Source: Candidatus Phycocordibacter aenigmaticus
Lineage (GTDB): Bacteria > Patescibacteriota > Minisyncoccia > Phycocordibacterales > Phycocordibacteraceae
Length of the DNA stretch: 64,000 nucleotides
Direction: 5' to 3'
NCBI GenBank assembly: GCA_045401115.1
Contig: CP174359.1
Span: 50,117-114,116, forward strand
Positions 32,836-41,464 of this stretch are shown here, piece after piece; within the stretch, counting starts at the first letter, position 1, and each line of letters starts with the position of its first letter. Position numbers and translations under genes: made by a program. The notes under the pieces were generated by a model. The model searched no databases, was not told the DNA's origin, and saw only the letters and a program-made list of their open reading frames with translations.

Positions 32836-35800
32836 CTAGCGTTTATTTTGCAAGCGCCGACGATGCATCACCCGCCGCAGTATAAAATAGAGGGCTATAT
32901 ACAGCGCCACCAGGAACAACAACCACGTGCTTATGCGCAACAACCAATCAACCTCCCCCGCTCCGACAGCCGCTAGCTGTTGAGTCTGGGGTGCCACGTT
33001 GCTTCCCACCACTACTTCCATCTTTGGCGCATCTACAGCAGTCGTCGTTGCTACATCAGACACGCCTTCGTCCGCCACCACACTCAACGACCTCGGCGCG
33101 GGTGCCTCCGGCACCCGCGCCGACACTTGCCCACCACCACTGACACGCGCCACCGTCTCTTGATCTGCCGCTACCGCCACACCATCCTCTTCTTCATCCT
33201 CAACTACCGCAGGAACACTCTCCTCCTCTTCTTCCTCATCATCAAAAATTCGTCCGTTGCTTCCGCCGCCGGCAGGCACTGGTGCTTCTGGCTCCACATC
33301 CACATCAGCACAATCACTATTACTATCGGCCTCTACGGTCGTATCCACCTCACCATCACCATTGCTATCAAGTGCCAACGCACTCACCGCACTGCCACTT
33401 ACATTAAACGTTCCGTGCGATTCAGCCGACACCGTAAAACTACAAAATGCCGCAGTCACGGTCTGCCCACTTCCCTCTAATATCTCAAACAACACACTCA
33501 CTACGCCGTCTCCTGTACCATCCACCGCCACTGTATATTCCTCACCTTCTGGCACCACCACATACTGCGCTTCACCTACCGTCACGTATGCACTGCCGGC
33601 AATCTCCTCTTCAGAGAACAGCACCTCCCCATCTGGATCTTGCGTCGCATCAAGTCCAGTATAATTGCCCGCGCTATCGACAATACTCAACGACACCGGC
33701 GAATGCGCGCTCACTACCAACGAACGTGGCACATCTGCTTCAGTAAATAGTTGTGTTCCAACGTATCCGCCGGTACTCACCGCACCTGCTGAAAGAATAC
33801 TCCGCAACACATCAAACGTCGGTGTCGCTTGCAGTAAGTGAGTAAACAATGACACTCCCGCGTCGCGCACATACTGCCCCATCTGTATGTAGTAGGTCGT
33901 CGCGCTCTCGTCGGCTGCCGCACTCGCACTGGCAACCACGCCGTCACCATCAGTGCGCCACTGTGCCTGCTGTTTTGTCTCATCACTGCCGGCTGCTCCC
34001 CAGTAGGTCACTCCGCTCAGAGTCGGCAGTCCCCATCCGGTAAGTTGCACCACCGCCATTCCCTCAGGGAAACTAAACGCATCATACGTGTCGTGCACCG
34101 CCTGCCCGCCGCTCACGCGATTCGCGGACAACGCGCCCGGCGCGCCCCGCCGGGCGCCACCCACACGCGGCACCACACTTCCCACAACAAACGATACAAA
34201 ATCATCATACGTACGCACACCGTCATCACCATACGCGCTGCGCCACGCCTCACCCTGCTCCACACTTTCAGTAAAACCAACTACCGCGCCGCGCTCCGCC
34301 GGCGCGACCACCCGCTCAAAATATGTCCGAGAAGGCAGCACCACACTCGCACTGCCAAGGTTCGCCCCAAACGCTGGCGTGCTACTTCCCACTGCAAAAC
34401 GTACCGGAAGATTCATCGCCATAAAAGGCGTTCGTGCGCCATTACTACTTTCAGTCACCTCATCATGCAACAAACCAACAGCACTCCGGGCACTCCCCAG
34501 TTGCGGCACACCTGCCAAAAGCACCGTATCCACCAAATCCGCTTTTCCTTGCGCAACCAATTCCCGCACCAGCGCCTTCGTCACCAAACCGCCATACCCA
34601 TGCGCAACCACCGTCACCGAACCAGTGTATGAATTCTCAGCCAACGCTTCTATGCGCGCTACCATATCCAAAACCCCATTCGCTGTTGCCACACCATTCT
34701 CCACAACAGCAGTTGGTGTATACCGCCAGTCATACGGCAGTGCTTCCCATGCAGCTATCGTCGACGTACCCGTCACACTGTCCACCTGTGCTAATGCATC
34801 AAAAAAGGTACTCGCCGTATCATACAGACCCACTGTTTCCGTTCGACTACCACCGGCGCGCACCGGCACACCAACACTAAACGAAGTAATTAAATCGCCC
34901 ACCACAATGCCACTCTCCTGCGACACACCGGCGTCAGTAAAGGCAAGCTTCGCCAGGTCATCCTCCACCTCACCAACCTCAGGCGGCCACAACTGGTCTC
35001 CTCCTTGTACCAACTGTGAACCCTGCATATCCGGCACAAATACAACCGACGAACAACACGTTGGTGTTGGCGGCACAATTATTGGCGCACTGTCCAACCA
35101 CGGGTCATACACCGCACTCCCGTCAATACGTGCTCCCGTACCTTCATCATTGTCGCGGTGGTCTGGCCCCGTGTCACTACCCCACCAAGAATTCGTCGCC
35201 TGCACAGAAAATGCAGCTCGATTATCAATACCCACACTCACCGCAGCAAAATCACTCTGCTCAATAGAAAACGCGTCACCGCCAAACACCCGCACTGCCG
35301 GGCTCCCCTCACTAAAAAGTGCACGCGACACCGTGGTCGTACCACGCTCCTGTACCAATGCACCTGAGTTCTTAAAATCAGAAATCACCGCGCGCGTCAC
35401 CGTTGCCTCACCGCCACGGTTTACCAAAAACCCATTCGAATTACAAAAACCAAACCGACACTGAAACGACGCTCCAAAATACCGCGCTTCTATATTTTCA
35501 AGTACCGCAGTGGCACCCTCACTCACCCGCACGCCATACGCCATGTCCCCAGGCGCCGCGACACTCGCATCACCATCAGCATTACTATCTCCTAAAACAC
35601 TGTCGTCGCGTAGCGACGTAAACACCACCGCCTCAGCGCCCGGTGTACTCGTCCCTACCTGCAAATTACCGTCCTCACCCACCGAGAAAAGCGTATGATT
35701 ATCAACATCTGAAAATCCTTTTATTACCACGCCCGGATCCACTGAAAACCGCGTTCCGTCTTTAATAGACACGTTCACTGGGCGGTACGGCACACCATCT

Positions 35801-37419
35801 TTCACTAACCGATACGTTGCTCCGTCCCAGAATGAACCCGTCACCAATATCACTCCCGTTCCGCTGGTACTGCCACTATTCGTAAAATCTGTGCCACCGG
35901 CAATACGCACGTCACTTGCTGAAAGAGTCACCTCACCAAAGGTCAACGTACCGCCTTCCGCATCAAACCCATAGTCCATATTCGTAAACGTCGTATCCGT
36001 CACCGTACTTTCACCACCACGCTGCACCACTCCCGTGCCACCGCCGGTAAACACACTCTCGCGCAGCGCCAATGTACCGCCAGTCACCCGCACAAATCCC
36101 GAGTCCGTACTCGTTGCCACCGTTGTGGTACGCATCTGCACATCTCCGCCGTTCACTGCTACTGCCGGTCGGTACGTACACCCACCACCGCCACACGCTA
36201 CCGCCACGCCGCCATAATAAAAATGTGTATGAGCCACACGCACAACAGCATCCTCACTGAATGTGATGTTGTGCCAGTCACCAACGCTCGGCGTGCTCGC
36301 ATCAGCATCACCATTTGTGTCTCCACCCCGGCTATCATCCTTGAGCGATGTCACCACTACCGGGTTCCCACTCGTACCTTCAATATGTAACGCACCAGTG
36401 CCCTGCACTGAAAGTGGCGTACTCCCCGAAAGCTTCACAATTGTTCCTGCTTGCACGGTCACGCGCACATCACTATCAATCACTACGTCATCAAACACAT
36501 ACACATTCTCAGCGCTCAGCGTCGCATCCTCCGTCAACGTTCCCGTCAATGTCACCACTGGCAATCCCGGCACCGTTACTGTCAGTGAACTCGTCGCCGT
36601 ACGTAGGGTGCTATCTACTACATAGTCGTAGTAACTCACCGCCACCGTGTAGTCACCGCTCGCTACACTCTCTCCATCATCAGTGGTACCGTCCCACTCA
36701 GCGCTCGCCGTCGTTGATGTCGCGTTTTCATCAAAAGACGCTACCGCAGTCGCTGACCCACAGTCAGCGCCACCATTAGGACACACAAACAACTCCGTCA
36801 CATACACCTCCCGCGACGCGCTCACCGCCACCGCAACAGGTGTGCTCGTGCTCAGCGTTGCATCATCCTCCACACCATCGAGGGTAAACGAAATAGTCGC
36901 CGGCAGCGCCCCTGCCGGCTCCTCAACCGTAATGCCAATCAGCGCCTCCTCGGTCAACGCGTCAGACTGTTCACTATAATTAAAATACTGCACCGAAAAC
37001 TCGTAGTCTCCCCCGTCCACGCGCGTACCACCGTCATCCGTCCCGTCCCAGTCTTGTGACGCGCTCGTACTTGTCGCCTGCACCGTGAACGTCTTCACCG
37101 CACTATCTGCTGTACACGTACCTGCCGCATCCGGACATATAAAAAGAGCATCCACATATACCTCATCGGTGGCACTCACCCCCAGCGCCACCGTCGCCCC
37201 ATCGGCGTCGGCCAACGTCGCGTCAGTCTCGGCGTCATCCAGGGTGAACGTTAATTCCACCGAGTTATCCTCCGCAGGTGGTGGTGGTGGTGGCGGAGGC
37301 GGAGGTGGCGGTGCAGCTCCCTCAGCAACCACCGACAGCGGCATCACCAAAAGCATCACCACCAGCGTCAAAGAGACTGCTCGCGCACCTGCATTAAATA
37401 GTGTGGGAAACAACCACAT
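32836..37419 (-). CDS. Giant (1527 aa) secreted/surface protein: signal peptide, poly-Pro linker, 2x FlgD-Ig-like domains, right-handed beta-helix, LCAT-like alpha/beta-hydrolase domain (nucleophile Ser replaced by Gly), Ig-like domain, acidic and Pro-rich linker, C-terminal TM anchor
   Basis: Domain evidence: N-terminal hydrophobic signal followed by PPPPPPPPPPPP; FlgD-Ig-like repeats (TFTVQATSTSASQDWDGTDDGG...GDYEFSVQYFNY, repeated twice); Gly/Thr-rich beta-helix repeats and NSWWGSDTGP; LCAT-family signature EALPYDWRY with elbow VTVVAHGYGGLV; and C-terminal WLLRISTWLLFLVALYIALYFILRRVMHRRR. Paralogue of ORF 41461..45906. Confidence 0.75.
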   Translation of the reverse strand: MWLFPTLFNAGARAVSLTLVVMLLVMPLSVVAEGAAPPPPPPPPPPPPAEDNSVELTFTLDDAETDATLADADGATVALGVSATDEVYVDALFICPDAAGTCTADSAVKTFTVQATSTSASQDWDGTDDGGTRVDGGDYEFSVQYFNYSEQSDALTEEALIGITVEEPAGALPATISFTLDGVEDDATLSTSTPVAVAVSASREVYVTELFVCPNGGADCGSATAVASFDENATSTTASAEWDGTTDDGESVASGDYTVAVSYYDYVVDSTLRTATSSLTVTVPGLPVVTLTGTLTEDATLSAENVYVFDDVVIDSDVRVTVQAGTIVKLSGSTPLSVQGTGALHIEGTSGNPVVVTSLKDDSRGGDTNGDADASTPSVGDWHNITFSEDAVVRVAHTHFYYGGVAVACGGGGCTYRPAVAVNGGDVQMRTTTVATSTDSGFVRVTGGTLALRESVFTGGGTGVVQRGGESTVTDTTFTNMDYGFDAEGGTLTFGEVTLSASDVRIAGGTDFTNSGSTSGTGVILVTGSFWDGATYRLVKDGVPYRPVNVSIKDGTRFSVDPGVVIKGFSDVDNHTLFSVGEDGNLQVGTSTPGAEAVVFTSLRDDSVLGDSNADGDASVAAPGDMAYGVRVSEGATAVLENIEARYFGASFQCRFGFCNSNGFLVNRGGEATVTRAVISDFKNSGALVQERGTTTVSRALFSEGSPAVRVFGGDAFSIEQSDFAAVSVGIDNRAAFSVQATNSWWGSDTGPDHRDNDEGTGARIDGSAVYDPWLDSAPIIVPPTPTCCSSVVFVPDMQGSQLVQGGDQLWPPEVGEVEDDLAKLAFTDAGVSQESGIVVGDLITSFSVGVPVRAGGSRTETVGLYDTASTFFDALAQVDSVTGTSTIAAWEALPYDWRYTPTAVVENGVATANGVLDMVARIEALAENSYTGSVTVVAHGYGGLVTKALVRELVAQGKADLVDTVLLAGVPQLGSARSAVGLLHDEVTESSNGARTPFMAMNLPVRFAVGSSTPAFGANLGSASVVLPSRTYFERVVAPAERGAVVGFTESVEQGEAWRSAYGDDGVRTYDDFVSFVVGSVVPRVGGARRGAPGALSANRVSGGQAVHDTYDAFSFPEGMAVVQLTGWGLPTLSGVTYWGAAGSDETKQQAQWRTDGDGVVASASAAADESATTYYIQMGQYVRDAGVSLFTHLLQATPTFDVLRSILSAGAVSTGGYVGTQLFTEADVPRSLVVSAHSPVSLSIVDSAGNYTGLDATQDPDGEVLFSEEEIAGSAYVTVGEAQYVVVPEGEEYTVAVDGTGDGVVSVLFEILEGSGQTVTAAFCSFTVSAESHGTFNVSGSAVSALALDSNGDGEVDTTVEADSNSDCADVDVEPEAPVPAGGGSNGRIFDDEEEEEESVPAVVEDEEEDGVAVAADQETVARVSGGGQVSARVPEAPAPRSLSVVADEGVSDVATTTAVDAPKMEVVVGSNVAPQTQQLAAVGAGEVDWLLRISTWLLFLVALYIALYFILRRVMHRRRLQNKR

Positions 37420-37737
37420 ATATTCTCACTATATATGCTTTTTCTATGGCTTTAACCAAACACGCCGTCTCCCATCTACCACTTTCCACCTACTATTTAC
37501 TACCTTCCACTTTCTACCTACCACCTACCAATTTCCACATACTTGCGCACGCATTCCCCACATACTTCTCCCCAGTTTTATCCCCACCACGCCTCCAACA
37601 CGCGCCGACATACTCCCACGGATACACAAAAAGTTTTCCACTACAACTTTTCAAAAACCTAAAAATCTCTTCCGGGCACGGCACCCAAAAAATAAACGGC
37701 TCACCAGAGTGAGCCGTTTATTATCTTGCTGTAAGAA

Positions 37738-37896
37738 CTAATCAAGCAAACCGAAAAGATCAACCTTGTTACCCTCCAACATATCAGCGCCAATAGTCAA
37801 AACAATTCCACCGAGTATGGTCCATGTTACCCAATCAGGCACGCCGGGAACCACAGGTCCGAGTTCGTACAATGCTGGTTTTTCTTTTTTTGCCAT
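37738..37896 (-). CDS. Hypothetical 52-aa membrane peptide (below ORF-track cutoff)
   Basis: ATG 37894-37896 on the minus strand, translating to MAKKEKPALYELGPVVPGVPDWVTWTILGGIVLTIGADMLEGNKVDLFGLLD and ending at TAG 37738-37740. Lies between dgkA and the giant ORF. Confidence 0.25.
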   Translation of the reverse strand: MAKKEKPALYELGPVVPGVPDWVTWTILGGIVLTIGADMLEGNKVDLFGLLD

Positions 37897-38032
37897 ATAT
37901 ATTTTTTCTTGAAGTATTAAACTCCAATACTTATACCATAAAACTAGATTTTTTTCAAGCTACTCCCTTCTGTCTTACTAAATCCCAAATCAAAAATCTA
38001 ATATCTAATATTCTTCCCTCTTTCCAAACACC

Positions 38033-38374
38033 TTAATTAAATATTACAAACGCGAAACAAATAAGCCCAAACACTGCCGCCCACACCACAGCGCCTGCAG
38101 CCAAGTCCTTGCTCCGACCAATAGCCGCATCATGCTCAGGATGAAGCTTACTCAACGCTATCTCAATAGCTGAGTTTTGCAGTTCGGCAACCATAACAAA
38201 GAACCAACAAAATACGAGTAGTAACAGTTCATTTGATGAAAGGTTGAATACCATATACACAATAGGAAGGCCGACTACCCCAAGAGCCGCCTCAATACGA
38301 ATAGCACTATCGTGAACAAACGCGTACCACAACCCCCGAAACGGATGCGAAAGCCGTGTTATCCAATATTTCAT
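38033..38374 (-). CDS. dgkA: Prokaryotic diacylglycerol kinase / undecaprenol kinase (DgkA family)
   Basis: 113 aa with three TM helices, HPFRG, SAIRIEAALG and NSAIEIALSKLHPEHDAAIGRSKDLAAGAVVWAAV (DAGK_prokar signature). Confidence 0.75.
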   Translation of the reverse strand: MKYWITRLSHPFRGLWYAFVHDSAIRIEAALGVVGLPIVYMVFNLSSNELLLLVFCWFFVMVAELQNSAIEIALSKLHPEHDAAIGRSKDLAAGAVVWAAVFGLICFAFVIFN

Positions 38375-38763
38375 ATCCTCACTATACCAAACCCTCTCCT
38401 TCTCTCTTAATTAAATCCCAAACCTAAAATCTAATATCTAAAATTCTCCTATGTTTTGTTTGGACTCTGGTCCCTGTGTTCTGGGCTTTTACTACCTTCC
38501 ACCTTCTAAATCACAACAACTTCTCGCTCCGCTCGCATCCACAAAAATCACACCCACCTGCAATCGTACATCGACACGCTACAGTACATAAACCTGCACA
38601 CGGGCATGAATCACATGAAAAACCTTTCTCGTCTTGTATATGTTGCTCAATATTTTTCATACCCCCAGTATACCAAACTCCACTTGCCACTTCCCATTCA
38701 CTACCTTCATAAGGTAGGTCCTCGGGCAGGTAAAAATTATGCAACACCCGGTGTTGTACAAAA

Positions 38764-39273
38764 CTACTCCATCATCAAAGACTCCCTCACCTCTTCTGGC
38801 GCATTCACCTCTCGTGAAAGTGTCGCAAGGTCATCTGGCGTATTCAATCCAATGCCTTTATTCGGTTGCAGTGTATAAAGGGTCACGTGTGTTGGTTGAT
38901 ATGGAATATCTATACCAAATTCTTCATTCAGTTTGTCAAAAAATGGTGTCAGGTTTTCTACCTCGCACAGTGCAACCAGCGTCTTGCGCTCATCATTCTC
39001 AGCAAAGCGAAATGCTCCGGTGAAATACACAGAAGGCATGTCATGTTCCTGTATGTACTCACAAAAAAGAGCAAGTACCCTCTCTTCCACTTCTGACATC
39101 TGCGCAAGTATGTTTTTAACGCATACCAGACTCACATGAAATTCATCTTTCCTCTGTAGTGTGACCCCTTCTACCGCAACGGTATCTGGCAAGGTACCCA
39201 ACACAACAGGCATGCCAATATATCCCTTGTTATACGTAAATGTATTCCCATCACAAATATAGTGGTTATTCAT
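38764..39273 (-). CDS. 2H phosphoesterase superfamily protein (LigT/cyclic-phosphodiesterase-like)
   Basis: Two H-x-[ST]-x motifs at the appropriate spacing (EFHVSLV and PTHVTLYT). Confidence 0.55.
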   Translation of the reverse strand: MNNHYICDGNTFTYNKGYIGMPVVLGTLPDTVAVEGVTLQRKDEFHVSLVCVKNILAQMSEVEERVLALFCEYIQEHDMPSVYFTGAFRFAENDERKTLVALCEVENLTPFFDKLNEEFGIDIPYQPTHVTLYTLQPNKGIGLNTPDDLATLSREVNAPEEVRESLMME

Positions 39274-39327
39274 ACCACCACTATATCAAACCCTCCCTCT
39301 CCAAAACTCCTAGAGTAAATTTCCTTC

Positions 39328-39876
39328 CTAAAGAATCGCACCTTGATACCCAGCCCTTTTCAGCGCTTCTTTAATAAAAATTTTCTTCCCTTCTGAATAT
39401 GGACCTCTCTCTCCCTGATACTCAATAAGAAGTCTTTCTTTAAGCGCTTGATAGCGCCTTTTATATTCAGGGTTCTCAATAAGAAAATCTCTAAAGATTA
39501 TTTGCTGGGTCCAAAAATCAGAGTGTATTTCTGCTAATTTTAAGTAATGAGTACGATTCTCCTCAGGTCCTTTTACAAACAGGATGTGAAGCTGTTCCTC
39601 TCTTAAATCCCTCCGAAACTCGTACCCCAATTGTGCAAGCAACTCCGTATAGTGTTCCCACTCATCAAAAGAACGAATACCAACCATGAAATCCAAAATC
39701 GGTTTTGCTTTAATTCCGGGAATTGCCGTTGAACCAATATGTTCAACACCAAGCACAGCATCGCCCAACAATTTCTCAATATGTTCTTTTTCTAAACAAA
39801 ATGCATCCACCCAATCAGGATGATATTCAGACAACTGAACCGTACCGCGCTGAAGTCCTAGGTTCTTGTTTTTCAT
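39328..39876 (-). CDS. GrpB-family protein (minimal nucleotidyltransferase fold)
   Basis: HIGSTAIPGIKAKPILD (GS...D nucleotidyltransferase motif) and overall GrpB/UPF0157 similarity. Confidence 0.6.
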   Translation of the reverse strand: MKNKNLGLQRGTVQLSEYHPDWVDAFCLEKEHIEKLLGDAVLGVEHIGSTAIPGIKAKPILDFMVGIRSFDEWEHYTELLAQLGYEFRRDLREEQLHILFVKGPEENRTHYLKLAEIHSDFWTQQIIFRDFLIENPEYKRRYQALKERLLIEYQGERGPYSEGKKIFIKEALKRAGYQGAIL

Positions 39877-39916
39877 ACCGTATATCTAACATTAATTATC
39901 CGTCTACTTACTATCC

Positions 39917-40696
39917 TCAAACACGTACTCCCACCCCTAACAGCCATCGGCCTTCTCCGTCCTTGGTACTAGGAATATAGGAGGGAGAAAATCTCATTGT
40001 TTGGCGCTCATTATATACAGCGACATCTCCGGACTGATACACAATACTCTCTTCAGCATCAACCATACACCTAAGAAGATAGCGAAATGCCTCGTCTTCT
40101 TTATTCATATTTAGGGATTTAGTAGTGTCAGGAAGATCAAGATTTTCAATATACTGTTGAAAATCAGACGGCTGGTACAACTCCTTAGAAAATTCATACC
40201 CACCCTCAACTTGCTTTAGTAAACCTGATGCAAGAAGCATCCCCCTCTTCTCTTCACCTGCTTGAGCCATTATGTCATGCGCACTCAAGAAATATGTTTT
40301 TGCGTTTTTATCTCCCCGAAGACAATAAAAAATTGAAAAAGAAAATTGTGGGTGTCCATGCCATGTCTCAACATTTGTCGCCCCTTTTTCGTCTACAACA
40401 AATCGGATAGAATTCTCAACCATCTTTTCAGAAATTTCACCAAAATAACTTCCTAAAATCTCAATGAGGTACTTTGGAAATATATCGGGAATTGAGCCAT
40501 GAATCTTTTGTGGAGTTTCATCAAACGCAAATGGAGTGGGAACATTACGAATTATTATATTGTCACTATTCATATCACGAACGGCCTGCAACTGCGAAAG
40601 CACTTCATGAGAAAAAAGATCTCCAAGACCTAAGGGGTTGTCTTTAAGGTTCTCTATAGCAGATGAATCCCCTGAAAACGAGACAATATTCAACAT
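39917..40696 (-). CDS. Hypothetical protein
   Basis: 259-aa ORF, with a possible cupin/dioxygenase-like WHGHPQF segment that is not convincing. Confidence 0.4.
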   Translation of the reverse strand: MLNIVSFSGDSSAIENLKDNPLGLGDLFSHEVLSQLQAVRDMNSDNIIIRNVPTPFAFDETPQKIHGSIPDIFPKYLIEILGSYFGEISEKMVENSIRFVVDEKGATNVETWHGHPQFSFSIFYCLRGDKNAKTYFLSAHDIMAQAGEEKRGMLLASGLLKQVEGGYEFSKELYQPSDFQQYIENLDLPDTTKSLNMNKEDEAFRYLLRCMVDAEESIVYQSGDVAVYNERQTMRFSPSYIPSTKDGEGRWLLGVGVRV

Positions 40697-40787
40697 GTCA
40701 CCACTATACCAAACCCCTCAAAAACAAACGGCTCACCCTATTGAGCCGTTTCTCTATTTTCTACCCCTCAGACGTAAACTCTTTTTG

Positions 40788-40870
40788 TAGCGAGGACCGA
40801 CCTCGCTACAACTGACACACGTCACTCCACATCAAAAAATAGCAAGAAATAGCGAGGTCGGTCCTCGCTA
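40788..40870. repeat. REP/BIME-like element: two inverted GTAG-initiated palindromes (tGTAGcgaggaccgacctcgctaca ... atagcgaggtcggtcctcgcta) with a spacer of about 40 bp
   Basis: About 85% identical to the element at 46798-46878. A single copy lies at 52723-52743; related hairpins with the same GGACCGACC core lie at 52673-52693 and 58137-58157, and a degenerate copy at 953-975. Confidence 0.7.
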
Positions 40871-40897
40871 TTTTGCTAAACACTACCCTTTCGAGTT

Positions 40898-41464
40898 TCA
40901 CAGACGTGCACCCGCCATAATCCACTCAACCAACAGGCGTATATAAGGACTTGCTATTAACATTGCGCCAATACCGAGCACTACCCCACTCAACCAATAC
41001 CAGAGGACATGGAGTTTTTTCTTTCCGGAACGTTGCCGCCTCTCACTCAATATCGAAACACCAATAACCCCCAAAGAAACTCCGACATAAAGTGAGCTTA
41101 AAATTAACGCGAACTCAGAATTTGACGGTCCAAGATCCCAACCGCCGCTAGACGACTCATCTGGCCACCATATAAGTATTATTGCTATAGGGATATACCA
41201 TACTGCAAACTTCCGCCACGCGTGCACTGCTTGCGGGATAAAGAAAAGGAGAAAAAAGACAATAGCGAGGGCGATGGAGGGATAGAAAAGTTGATCGCCA
41301 AGTAATGGAAATGGACAAGAAGTATCCATGACACGTGTTTCATAATTTATATAACAAATTCCAAACTGATAACTATGGTTAAAAAAGTAACCTGCTATTG
41401 CTCCTGCAACCGAAAGCAAGAAAAACCAAAACATCCAATTTTTAAATAACTTTTTCATACTCAA
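40898..41464 (-). CDS. Hypothetical polytopic membrane protein co-transcribed with the giant protein ORF 41461..45906
   Basis: 188 aa with about five TM helices. Its start overlaps the upstream giant ORF stop (ATGA), implying translational coupling. Confidence 0.5.
   Translation of the reverse strand: MSMKKLFKNWMFWFFLLSVAGAIAGYFFNHSYQFGICYINYETRVMDTSCPFPLLGDQLFYPSIALAIVFFLLFFIPQAVHAWRKFAVWYIPIAIILIWWPDESSSGGWDLGPSNSEFALILSSLYVGVSLGVIGVSILSERRQRSGKKKLHVLWYWLSGVVLGIGAMLIASPYIRLLVEWIMAGARL

Noticed and set aside
32980-37741. Many + strand ORFs (up to 458 aa) rich in Pro/Ser/Thr/His
   Set aside because: All lie antisense to the 1527-aa giant ORF, which has coherent domain structure. None has independent start or stop context or motifs.
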